A stretch of DNA of 64,000 bases from an uncultured Candidatus Saccharibacteria bacterium (GTDB lineage: Bacteria; Patescibacteriota; JAQUNI01). The position numbers and the translations under genes were made by a program. This document shows positions 1-8,077 of this stretch, piece after piece; the stretch's first letter is position 1; every line of letters starts with the position of its first letter. The stretch lies in contig CAZKRD010000001.1 of assembly GCA_964555185.1 (NCBI GenBank), forward strand, positions 34,185-98,184, given 5' to 3'. The notes below the pieces were generated by a model. It was not told the DNA's origin and did no database searches. It saw only the letters and a program-made list of their open reading frames with translations.

Positions 1-1086
1 GATGCCAGCAGGTAATTCTTCTAATTCTCTAATTAATGCTGGTATAGAGATCTTTTTTTCTGATTCTGGGCTTTCTTTTGAGTCTGGCACATTTTCTAGA
101 GGAGCGGCTTCTGGTGTTTCTGGTTTTTTTGGAGGTTCTTCTGCGGAGGTTTTTGGAGTTTCTTTTTCCTTTGAGGTTTTGGTAGGAGGAAGGTGTATTT
201 CAACTTGACCTTGTTTTAAGTAAGGGACTGGAAGGATTACGCCTAGATCGAGACCAATTTTTCTGAGTTGTTCACCAATTGTTTCAAGTTGTGCATCAAT
301 TGTTGATTCTGGCTGTTCGGCGTGATTAAAGTCTTCTTCGCTGATATTAAGATAAATATATTGGTTTTCGGGCCAGCTTTCTGATTTAAGCTCTTTTATT
401 TTTTCCAGTATTTGTTCTTGGGGGAATTTTCCCTTTTTTTTGGATTCAATTCTAGCGGCAGGAAAGGTTAGTTGGAATTCACCTTCTTCGGCATAACTTT
501 TTGTTTCCATAAAAACTGGTGAGCAGTCCACTTGTTCCTGAATTTCGTTCGCTTTTTCCTCCGGCACATCTGTATTGAGCCAGACAATCACGGATTTGCC
601 TTCACCAATTTTTTCTAATTCTTTTACCAATTTTTGATACGGGAACTCTTTTGGTTTTTCTGATTCTGAAGATTTAGTTTCGGGTTTTTCCTCTGTTGAT
701 TTTTTTGATTCTTCCGGGGCTTGTTCTTTTGGGAGTTCTATCCGTCTGGCGCTTCTTGGATTTAACCAAAAGAAGCGTCTTGTTGAGCGATCAGGGAGTT
801 GTATGGTGGCTCTATTGTAGCCCTTGCTTCTGCCGTCCGCATAAAAATTTAGGAATGTTGCTTCTTCTGTTCTTCTGCCGGTCACGGCTATTACTTTGTC
901 TCCTGGTTTAAGGGTTTTTAATTCATCCGGAACCTCTTCTCCAAATTCGGGTGTTTTTTCTTCTGATTTTTTTTCTTCTGGGCTTTCTTCTTCTGCTAAT
1001 TTTGATTCATCTGTCCTTGCAAGCATGTCATCAACTTGAGATATTGTTTCTTCTCTCTTAGCAATCATTTCATCAAGTTCAGACAC
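1..1086 (-). CDS. Hypothetical K/E-rich protein; 3' end runs off the left window edge. Start is uncertain: GTG at 1086 or ATG at 1068.
   Basis: Hand translation of the minus strand from about 1095 down to position 1 gives one stop-free frame (...SELDEMIAKREETISQVDDMLARTDESKLAEE...KPGDKVIAVTGRRTEEATFLNFYADGRSKGYNRATIQLPDRSTRRFFWLNP...). It is missing from the ORF track because it has no in-window stop and no early ATG. No family recognised. Confidence 0.45.
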   Translation of the reverse strand, partial: MSELDEMIAKREETISQVDDMLARTDESKLAEEESPEEKKSEEKTPEFGEEVPDELKTLKPGDKVIAVTGRRTEEATFLNFYADGRSKGYNRATIQLPDRSTRRFFWLNPRSARRIELPKEQAPEESKKSTEEKPETKSSESEKPKEFPYQKLVKELEKIGEGKSVIVWLNTDVPEEKANEIQEQVDCSPVFMETKSYAEEGEFQLTFPAARIESKKKGKFPQEQILEKIKELKSESWPENQYIYLNISEEDFNHAEQPESTIDAQLETIGEQLRKIGLDLGVILPVPYLKQGQVEIHLPPTKTSKEKETPKTSAEEPPKKPETPEAAPLENVPDSKESPESEKKISIPALIRELEELPAGI

Positions 1087-1146
1087 TGCTTCGTCAAATA
1101 TGTTTTTTTTTGCTGGCTTTGCTCTATCATTTTTAGTAGGAGGTTA

Positions 1147-1722
1147 TTATGTCTTTTTTTTTTTTTTTTTTTCTTCTGATTCTTTCGGTGCTTGTTCTTT
1201 TGGTAGTTCTGGCTTTTCTTTTTCCGTTCCTGTATTTGAATCAGGTGTTTGCATTCTTTTTTTTATCCTTTCAAGCCTTTCTTTGTCTCTTTTTCCTTCT
1301 CCATGATCAATAATTGCACTAACACTACAATGGGGTTTTTCTTCTCCGGTATCAGTCTTTGTAATAACTTCTTCTTGGTCATATCGGATGGAGACTTGCA
1401 TTTCTAATTCTTTAATAAATTCTAGAATACCTGAAGGTTCCACAAATTGCACTAAATCTGGGTGAATATTAATAACAGCATTTTTTTGATGATCATCATC
1501 TGATGCTTCCCATCTTTTTAAAATTTCTTTTATTCCTTCAATTTTTTGTTTGGCTTCTTCCGCAGTGATTGTTGGTTTTTTTTCTTTTTCTGGTTTGGAG
1601 GCTTCGTGGTCATCTTCTGGGTTTGGCCTGCTGTCTCTTTTGATTTTTTGCCGCCGCCTTTTTTCTCTGGATTCATCCTTTATTTCCGGGGGCTTATTTT
1701 TTTCTCGTTCTTCTGCTGGCAT
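1147..1722 (-). CDS. Hypothetical acidic/basic K/E-rich protein; C-terminal KKKKKK is encoded by a 19-A homopolymer and ends in tandem TAA TAA.
   Basis: 191-aa ORF. The 19-T run at 1154-1172 on the plus strand encodes a C-terminal lysine tract on the minus strand, followed by TAA TAA. Low-complexity ends with a more globular-looking middle (NAVINIHPDLVQFVEPSGILEFIKELEMQVSIRYDQEEV). Confidence 0.5.
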   Translation of the reverse strand: MPAEEREKNKPPEIKDESREKRRRQKIKRDSRPNPEDDHEASKPEKEKKPTITAEEAKQKIEGIKEILKRWEASDDDHQKNAVINIHPDLVQFVEPSGILEFIKELEMQVSIRYDQEEVITKTDTGEEKPHCSVSAIIDHGEGKRDKERLERIKKRMQTPDSNTGTEKEKPELPKEQAPKESEEKKKKKKT

Positions 1723-1733
1723 TTATTTTAAGT

Positions 1734-2063
1734 TTATTTTTCTTTTTCTATTTTATTCCTAATTTGTTCTGCATCTTGAACAATGTCCTGCTTAAAACGG
1801 AGGATTTCGGCCATTCTAATTTCTTCAAGGTTTTTAACTTTCGCGGTCAGGAACTTGTCTACTTCTTGGGGAGAAGGATTTTTCTTGAGCAGTTGATCAA
1901 ATTTCTTTTTGTCCGCTTCGGTAAGCGCATCTAAGATCTGGAGGTTAATTCGGTCTAAAACGGTTTCTGCCATTTTGGAGATCAGCGCTGTTTTGTCTTT
2001 TTCTGGAAGATTTTCTAAGCCTAAGAGTTTGATGATATCTTTTTCTAATATTCTGATGTCCAT
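1734..2063 (-). CDS. Small hypothetical helical protein, possibly DUF5663-like; start placed at the internal ATG.
   Basis: ORF 1734..2117. The likely start is M19 (MDIRILEKDIIKLLGLENLPEKDKTALISKMAETVLDRINLQILDALTEADKKKFDQLLKK). The similarity to small CPR helical proteins is from memory only. Confidence 0.4.
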   Translation of the reverse strand: MDIRILEKDIIKLLGLENLPEKDKTALISKMAETVLDRINLQILDALTEADKKKFDQLLKKNPSPQEVDKFLTAKVKNLEEIRMAEILRFKQDIVQDAEQIRNKIEKEK

Positions 2064-2180
2064 ATATTTTTTATTTTTAATTTTAGGGCAATAGGACTTG
2101 TTTGTATTATAGCACAAAAAACCCCAGAATAAAAATAACAGCCAGTTTGCAGTGAATAGTTTTTGCCTATAAGGCGGCTG

Positions 2181-2534
2181 TTATTTGTTGTCCTCTTTTT
2201 TTTCCTTCTTTTTCTCTTTTTCTGGCTCTGGTTTTGTTTTGGGCTTTTCTTCTTTTTGTTCCTTTCCCTTCTTTTGAGCAAATTTATTGATTTTAGGGGC
2301 TTTGATTACAGCTTCTGAAACCAAAAGATTATGGACAGTATCAGAAGGTTTGGCGCCTTTTTCCAGCCAATATTTGATCCTTTCTTTTTTAAGGCCGATC
2401 TTTTTCTTGATTGGGTCTAAAAAGCCCAGGATTTCAATAAACCGCCCTTTGATTGGGGCCGAGGCCTCGGCAACTACAATGCGGAAAAAGGGCCGGTTCC
2501 GTTTACCTCTTCTGGTTAAGCGAATTTTTAGCAT
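2181..2534 (-). CDS. rpsP: 30S ribosomal protein S16 with a lysine/glutamate-rich C-terminal tail.
   Basis: N-terminus MLKIRLTRRGKRNRPFFRIVVAEASAPIKGRFIEILGFLDP matches the S16 consensus (MVKIRLAR.G.KKRPFY.IVVAD.R..RDGRFIE..G..NP). The tail is ...KEQKEEKPKTKPEPEKEKKKEKKEDNK. Confidence 0.9.
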   Translation of the reverse strand: MLKIRLTRRGKRNRPFFRIVVAEASAPIKGRFIEILGFLDPIKKKIGLKKERIKYWLEKGAKPSDTVHNLLVSEAVIKAPKINKFAQKKGKEQKEEKPKTKPEPEKEKKKEKKEDNK

Positions 2535-2596
2535 TTTGAGTCAGTTAGTAGATTAAGATTTCTATTACTTTACTTTAAATTAAAGTAAAAAGCAAG

Positions 2597-5083
2597 TTAT
2601 TTTTCCAGTTTCATTGAGAGTAGTTTTGAGACCCCGTCTTTACCCATCGTAACGCCGTACAAGACTCGGGCCTGTTTCATTGTTTCCCGGTTATGGGTGA
2701 TTGCGATTAGTTGGATTTTTCGGGAGAGTTGTTTCAAAATTCTGGCAAAGCGGACAGAGTTGGCTTCATCCAGGGCGGCATCCACTTCGTCTAAGATGCA
2801 GAAAGGAGGCTGGCTTTGTTTTAAGATACTGAAAATTAAAGCAAGGCCGACCAGTGATTTTTCGCCGCCGGAGAGCATAGAGAGATTTTTCAGTCTCTTG
2901 CCGGGCGGCGAGGCGCTGATCACAATGCCTTCTTCTTGGTTTTGCGCCAGAGAGGCGCGGCCGCCAGCAAAAAGCAGGCGGAAGTATTTTTTAAAGGAGA
3001 AGTTGATTTGTTGAAAAGACTGATTAAGGCGGAAAGAGATTGTTTTGTTTAATTTTTTGATCAGTTTGTTTAGGGCCAGCGAAGCTTTTTCCAGATCTTG
3101 GGCCTGTTGGTTTAGGAAATCAAATCTTTTTTGAGTCTTTTCGTATTCTTTGATTGTCTCCGGGTCGATTGATCCGATCAGTTCTAATTCCCGCTTGAGA
3201 CGATTTATTTTTTGTTCACATTTGCCCTCCTGCTCCGGCACTTTGATTCTGTCCAAATCTATTTTGTTCCAAGCGAGGCCTAAAGTCTTTCTTGCTTCGG
3301 ATTCCAGGTTCTGTTTTTGGAAAAGGATTTGAGCGCTTTCAATGTTTAGGCCTTCCAAGGTTTTTTTCTCGACAGCAAGCTCGTCCTCTCTTTTTCTTAA
3401 ATTTCTTTCCAAGCCAAAGACCTTTTCCTTGCTCTGTTCTTGGACTTTTAAAGAATCTTCGATTTGCTTTGTGATTATTCGGCTTTGTCTCTCTAGTTTT
3501 TCCAGTCGCGCCTTTAGGGCTTTTAGCTCAAGGTTTATTTCCTCCACTTCCTTTTTTTGATCCGGGGCTTTGATTTTGCTTTTTTTCGCCAGGAACTCAA
3601 TCTTATTTTCAAAGATTCTTTTTTGGTATGCTAGAAAAGCGGCTTTTTCGCCTTGGATTTGTTTTTCCGCCTGGAGCTTGCTTATTTCAAGCTCCAGATT
3701 CTCTTTCTCGTTGGCTAGATTTTTTAGTTTGAGCAAGATTCTCTTGCCCGAGGGGGAGTCGCTTGGCGCTTTCAGTCTTTCAATTAAACCTTTTAGCTCA
3801 TCATAGATGTTCTGAAGTTTGGTTTTTAGTTTTGCCGCGTCTATCCCGCGCTCAAAGGTTTTCAGAATGGTTTGGTGTTTTGCGAGCAGTTTGTTTAGGT
3901 CGGCTTCTATTGTTTGATCCTCGGGTTTTTGGTGTCTTTTCTGTAAGTCTTCTTTTTGTTCATTTATTTTTAAAAGTTCTTTTTGTCGATTTTTGAGTTT
4001 TTGGGCAAGACGGGTTTTGTTTTTTTCGATTGTCTTTATTTCCTGGTTTAACTTTTGGATTTCTGCTTCCAGCTCCCTGCTTTGAGCAAAAATCTGCTCG
4101 CGCGGTTTAAAATTTTGATTGAGGGCTTCGAGCCGGCCTTCTAGGATAGCGATGTTTTTCTGGATTTCATTTTCCTTCCCGTTGAACTCATTTTTTTTAA
4201 GATAGAGATTTTGCCAGATCTCCTGTGCTTTTTTGCGGCTTCTTTCTTGTTTTTGGAGCAGGGCTTTGAGATTGGAGATTTTGTTTTCCAGGGAGATTGC
4301 TTTTTCTTCCTTGACCCTTTTTCCGCTTTGGACTTTTTGCTGTTTCTTCGCTACGGAATCAATTTTTTGGCTGTACCAGGTTTTTTGGAAGGCTTTTAAT
4401 TTTTTTTCTGTTTTTTCTCGGGCGGCGGCGCGCAAAGCCTGCCTTTTCAATCGTTTTAAGTGCGGCTCGATCTCGGAAGTTAAACCCAAAACCTGGACTA
4501 TGTTTTCTTCTGTGGCTTTAAGCTTATTTTCTGCTTCCCGTTTTTTTAATTCCAGGTGCTTGGCGCCAGAGGCCTCCAAAAAGAGCTCTCTTTTCTCTTG
4601 CGGGCCCAAATCTACGATTTTATCAATCATCCCCTGGCCAATCACGCTGTATGTCTTTTGGCCGGCGCCTGTTTGGGTCAAGAATTGTTCAATGTCTTTT
4701 AAACGGACAGAGGCGCGGTTTAAGAAAAATTCTCCTTCGCCATTGCGGTAGAACCTTCTTTTCAAGGTGATTTCGGGGAAATCCAGGATCCTGTTTTTGG
4801 GAGCCTTCTTGCTTTTGGCTGAAATTCTATCAAGATGCAAAGCAACCTCGGCGCGGCCTAAGCTTTTCTTGGACTGAGAACCGGCAAAGATCACGTCTTC
4901 ACCTTTCTTGCTGCGGAGGGATTTTTTAGACTGTTCCCCTAAAACCCAGCGGATCGCGTCAGCGATATTTGACTTGCCCGAACCATTCGGGCCGACAATC
5001 GCTGTGATCCCTCTGTCAAATTCAAGCACCGTGCGGGAAGCAAAGGATTTAAAGCCGGTTAGAGTTAGTTTCTTGAAAGTCAT
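2597..5083 (-). CDS. smc: Chromosome segregation ATPase SMC, short form (828 aa) with no recognisable hinge.
   Basis: N-terminal Walker A (GPNGSGKSNIADAIRWVLGEQ). C-terminal ABC signature and Walker B (LSGGEKSLVGLALIFSIL...ILDEVDAALD). Long coiled-coil middle. It sits next to rnc, as smc does in Bacillus. Confidence 0.8.
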   Translation of the reverse strand: MTFKKLTLTGFKSFASRTVLEFDRGITAIVGPNGSGKSNIADAIRWVLGEQSKKSLRSKKGEDVIFAGSQSKKSLGRAEVALHLDRISAKSKKAPKNRILDFPEITLKRRFYRNGEGEFFLNRASVRLKDIEQFLTQTGAGQKTYSVIGQGMIDKIVDLGPQEKRELFLEASGAKHLELKKREAENKLKATEENIVQVLGLTSEIEPHLKRLKRQALRAAAREKTEKKLKAFQKTWYSQKIDSVAKKQQKVQSGKRVKEEKAISLENKISNLKALLQKQERSRKKAQEIWQNLYLKKNEFNGKENEIQKNIAILEGRLEALNQNFKPREQIFAQSRELEAEIQKLNQEIKTIEKNKTRLAQKLKNRQKELLKINEQKEDLQKRHQKPEDQTIEADLNKLLAKHQTILKTFERGIDAAKLKTKLQNIYDELKGLIERLKAPSDSPSGKRILLKLKNLANEKENLELEISKLQAEKQIQGEKAAFLAYQKRIFENKIEFLAKKSKIKAPDQKKEVEEINLELKALKARLEKLERQSRIITKQIEDSLKVQEQSKEKVFGLERNLRKREDELAVEKKTLEGLNIESAQILFQKQNLESEARKTLGLAWNKIDLDRIKVPEQEGKCEQKINRLKRELELIGSIDPETIKEYEKTQKRFDFLNQQAQDLEKASLALNKLIKKLNKTISFRLNQSFQQINFSFKKYFRLLFAGGRASLAQNQEEGIVISASPPGKRLKNLSMLSGGEKSLVGLALIFSILKQSQPPFCILDEVDAALDEANSVRFARILKQLSRKIQLIAITHNRETMKQARVLYGVTMGKDGVSKLLSMKLEK

Positions 5084-5213
5084 AAGAAGTAATCACCAAT
5101 AACCAAGAAACAATAACCAGACAAATTCCAATAACCAAGTTCCAATTCGTTAGATAATTTGGTTATTCATTTTTTGCTGGTAGGTAGATTGATTATTAGT
5201 TTGTCCAGTGATT

Positions 5214-6152
5214 CTATTGGATAATCTCTTCCACTTTCACTTGGGCGACGCCCGTGCCCAGGGGTGCGATTTTTTTAAAGGCAGGGACATTGAGATCAAT
5301 AATCCTGCCTGGCACAAAAGGACCATAGTCATTAACCGTCACGATTACCTGTTTGTTGTTTTGGAGGTTGGTGACCCGCAAGATGGCGCCCTTTGGCCAC
5401 TTCGTTGCGGCACAGGTTAACTTGTCGCCGTAGCGGTAAAAGCTGGCAACGCCGCGGTAGGCCTCTCCGACCACAATCTTGGTTCCTTCGAGGATAATCT
5501 TGTCCTGCGGTTTTTCCAGGATCTCTTCTTTTTGGAGAATCCTTTGGTTCTCCTTGCCGTCCCGATAAACAATTTGATAGCTCTCCTCTTTGATTCCTTT
5601 TCTGCCCTCCTGGGCGATTTTGGTTGTGCCCCAATTCAAGGTATTGTCTTTTTTATTGATCGTTTGAAAAGGGATCGGAAGGCTTTTCTTGATTGTGCCG
5701 AATTTGACGCGGGTAACTATGATTTCCATATCGGTAAATAGGAATTTGGAAAGACGATAATTTATTTCATCATCAGGGCCCAAGATTACCCCAGTATCGG
5801 CTAAGACTTCTCCCGTGGTTTTTTGGAAGGTGTTAAAGCTTTTCGCTTTGCCGTCAGCTAAGATCGTGATCGGGGTGGCCCGTTCAATAATAATCCGGTC
5901 GTAAGCTTGCTCTAGAGGATCAGGGTAGATTCGGTCTTCGCGGTTTAGGGAGAGCCCGAGCTCAAGCAGGATTTCGGAGACAAGGGATTTGTTGGTTTTG
6001 ATTTTAAAATAGAGGCCGTTGTCAACAATTGTGATTTCTCTTGAAGTTTCTTTTGCCGATTCTTTTGCTTTTGAATCTCCGGGAATAAAAATAGTAGGTA
6101 TAAAAAAACACAGTAACAAAAATAGACTGATTTTGTTTTGATCTGATTGCAT
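5214..6152 (-). CDS. Secreted cell-wall protein with a C-terminal RlpA-like double-psi beta-barrel (G5/DUF348-type linker; Rpf/lytic-transglycosylase-like).
   Basis: Start taken at the internal M (MQSDQNKISLFLLLCFFIPTIFIPG, a signal or anchor). C-terminal ...GEAYRGVASFYRYGDKLTCAATKWPKGAILRVTNLQNNKQVIVTVNDYGPFVPGRIIDLNVPAFKKIA matches the RlpA/DPBB motif. Confidence 0.65.
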   Translation of the reverse strand: MQSDQNKISLFLLLCFFIPTIFIPGDSKAKESAKETSREITIVDNGLYFKIKTNKSLVSEILLELGLSLNREDRIYPDPLEQAYDRIIIERATPITILADGKAKSFNTFQKTTGEVLADTGVILGPDDEINYRLSKFLFTDMEIIVTRVKFGTIKKSLPIPFQTINKKDNTLNWGTTKIAQEGRKGIKEESYQIVYRDGKENQRILQKEEILEKPQDKIILEGTKIVVGEAYRGVASFYRYGDKLTCAATKWPKGAILRVTNLQNNKQVIVTVNDYGPFVPGRIIDLNVPAFKKIAPLGTGVAQVKVEEIIQ

Positions 6153-6245
6153 TGTTTCCCAAAAACTTGCTTTTTGGCTGCCCGCTGAACTAAGAAGGTG
6201 CCGCGGGCTTTGCCCCCCCCTGGGGGGGCTCCTGTCCAATGAAGA

Positions 6246-6929
6246 TTATTTGTATTGATCAAGGGCCGCCTCGGCTGCTGCTACCTGGGCTGTCTGTTTG
6301 GAGCTGCCTGTTCCTTTAGCAATCAGTTTTTTCTCAAGATAGACGCCGACAATAAAATGCTTGTTATGGTCAGGTCCGCTTTCTTTTAAGACCTGGTATT
6401 CGGGAGTAACCCCTTCTCGTTCCTGGGTTAATTCTTGAAAGTGGGATTTAGGGTCGATATATAGTTTTTCTTTGAGGATCCGAGGCAGTTTGACTAGGAT
6501 ATTTTTTTCAATGAATTTTTGGGCAACCTTGTATCCCTGGTCTAGATAAATCGCGCCAATTAAGGCCTCGAAGGCGTTGCCCAAGATGTATTCCCGCGCC
6601 TTGCCTGTGTCTTTCTTCTCCCCGCGGGAGAGATAGAGGAATCCATCCATCTCTAGGCTTTTGGCCATTTTAGCAAGCATTTTACTGTTGACTAGGCTGG
6701 AGCGCCAGTTTGTCATTTCGCCCTCCGGGTTGTCATAGTGGTGGTAGAGGTAGGCGGTAACCACAAGCTCTAAAACCGCGTCGCCTAAGAATTCCAGTCT
6801 TTCATTGTGGCCTAACTCAAAGTTATGGTTTTCGTTGATATAGGAGCGATGGACCAGGGCCTGTTTTAAGAGTTTCTGGTCCTTGAATGTAAGGCCCAAG
6901 GTTCGTTCAAGTTTAGAGAAGTCTTTCAT
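6246..6929 (-). CDS. rnc: Ribonuclease III.
   Basis: MKDFSKLERTLGLTFKDQKLLKQALVHRSY...ERLEFLGDAVLELVV carries the RNase III signature, and a dsRBD follows at the C-terminus. The ORF-track start at 6977 is a TTG; ATG at 6929 is preferred. Confidence 0.9.
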   Translation of the reverse strand: MKDFSKLERTLGLTFKDQKLLKQALVHRSYINENHNFELGHNERLEFLGDAVLELVVTAYLYHHYDNPEGEMTNWRSSLVNSKMLAKMAKSLEMDGFLYLSRGEKKDTGKAREYILGNAFEALIGAIYLDQGYKVAQKFIEKNILVKLPRILKEKLYIDPKSHFQELTQEREGVTPEYQVLKESGPDHNKHFIVGVYLEKKLIAKGTGSSKQTAQVAAAEAALDQYK

Positions 6930-7065
6930 AGTGTTAAATTCCCTGCCTACGCTCACGAGCTTCGGCAGGCGAGGCAAATTTCAAACACTCGCCTTGCGGC
7001 TTGGCTCGCCTAAGCTAGGCGAAGCGGGTGCCTGTAATTTGACATTTGTAATTTTAGAGGATTAT

Positions 7066-7509
7066 TTAATTTTCACTTTTATCTTCTTTTTTCGCTTCAA
7101 TCATCTTACGGTAAATAGTGCCTAAGACGCCGTTGATGAATTTGCCGGAAGAGGACCCGCCAAAAGCCTTGCCCAGCTCAATCGCTTCGTTGATTGCCAC
7201 TTTAGGCGGGACATCATTGTCTAATTTTAATTCGTAGATCCCGATTCGCAGGATATTGCGGTCAACAGTGGTGATCTGGTCCAAGGGCCATTCCGGGGCG
7301 TACTCTTCGATCATTTTGTCTATTTTCTCGCGGTTTTTTAAGACTCCGCGGACTAGATTTTTGACAAAATCAAAATCAGAAACACCAGGGGCGAATTCTT
7401 CGACATTGTGTTGAATGATTGCGGGGATAATTTGATCTTCTTGTCCTCCAAAGTCCCATTCGTAAAGACATTGCATTGCGATCGTGCGGAGGAGGTGTCG
7501 ATTAGGCAT
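7066..7509 (-). CDS. nusB: Transcription antitermination factor NusB.
   Basis: [20 protein letters not shown]...[32 protein letters not shown] is typical NusB. Confidence 0.85.
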   Translation of the reverse strand: MPNRHLLRTIAMQCLYEWDFGGQEDQIIPAIIQHNVEEFAPGVSDFDFVKNLVRGVLKNREKIDKMIEEYAPEWPLDQITTVDRNILRIGIYELKLDNDVPPKVAINEAIELGKAFGGSSSGKFINGVLGTIYRKMIEAKKEDKSEN

Positions 7510-7557
7510 ATTTTTGAATCATTTGTGGTTTCTATGATTGAAGAAAGAAGGTGCTTT

Positions 7558-7788
7558 TTAAGAGCCGCTTTTCTGCTTCTTTTTCTTTTTCGCTTTCTTT
7601 TTCCTTTCTTTCGCTTCTAGATCTAAAATTGTCCGCCCGCGGTAAACACCGCAAAAAGGACAGGCAATATGAGGAGGAATGCTTTTTTTGCAGCTTGGAC
7701 AGGGCACGAGCGCTGTTCTTTTGATTTTTTTCGCTGTTCTTCGTTTGTTCCGCCGCGCCCGCGTGGTTTTCTTTTTGGGGACAGCCAT
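7558..7788 (-). CDS. rpmF: 50S ribosomal protein L32 with a K-rich tail.
   Basis: MAVPKKKTTRARRNKRRTAKKIK...CPSCKKSIPPHIACPFCGVYRGR matches the L32 consensus including the zinc-ribbon cysteines. Confidence 0.85.
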   Translation of the reverse strand: MAVPKKKTTRARRNKRRTAKKIKRTALVPCPSCKKSIPPHIACPFCGVYRGRTILDLEAKERKKKAKKKKKQKSGS

Positions 7789-7930
7789 AAGAATTTTATT
7801 TAAGAGATTTTACGGTTTTATCGTAGCCCAGATTTGTCAAAATGTCAAAGTAGGATATGAATCTTGAATCTTGAATCATGCCACCAATTCCGAGTGGTCA
7901 CCCAGTAAGGGTGAAATTATGAAATCTGAT

Positions 7931-7960
7931 TTGCCTTAAGTTCTGATATTGTGTTATACT
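7931..7960 (+). promoter_or_regulatory. Candidate sigma-70 promoter for rny: TTGCCT, 18-nt spacer, extended -10 TGtTATACT.
   Basis: ttgcct at 7931-7936 and tatact at 7955-7960 with a TG two bases upstream. It lies about 120 nt upstream of the rny start. Confidence 0.4.
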
Positions 7961-8077
7961 AGGATTGAAGTATTAACAAGATTAAATAGATGATAATTAT
8001 AAATAGCTCTCAAAATTGGATCTTTTTTTACCGATTTTAAAAAGGGGCTATTTAGATTTATCTTATGAATCAAAACA

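Noticed and set aside
1100-1306. Plus-strand ORF MFFFAGFALSFLVGGYYVFFFFFFSS...
   Set aside because: It is a poly-Phe artefact from translating the T19 homopolymer and lies antisense to the K/E-rich minus-strand genes. No RBS-linked ATG is in frame.
2697-4751. Several 60-170 aa plus-strand ORFs inside smc
   Set aside because: They are antisense to a strongly supported SMC reading frame and are S/F/L-rich translation artefacts of the K/E-rich coiled-coil coding strand.
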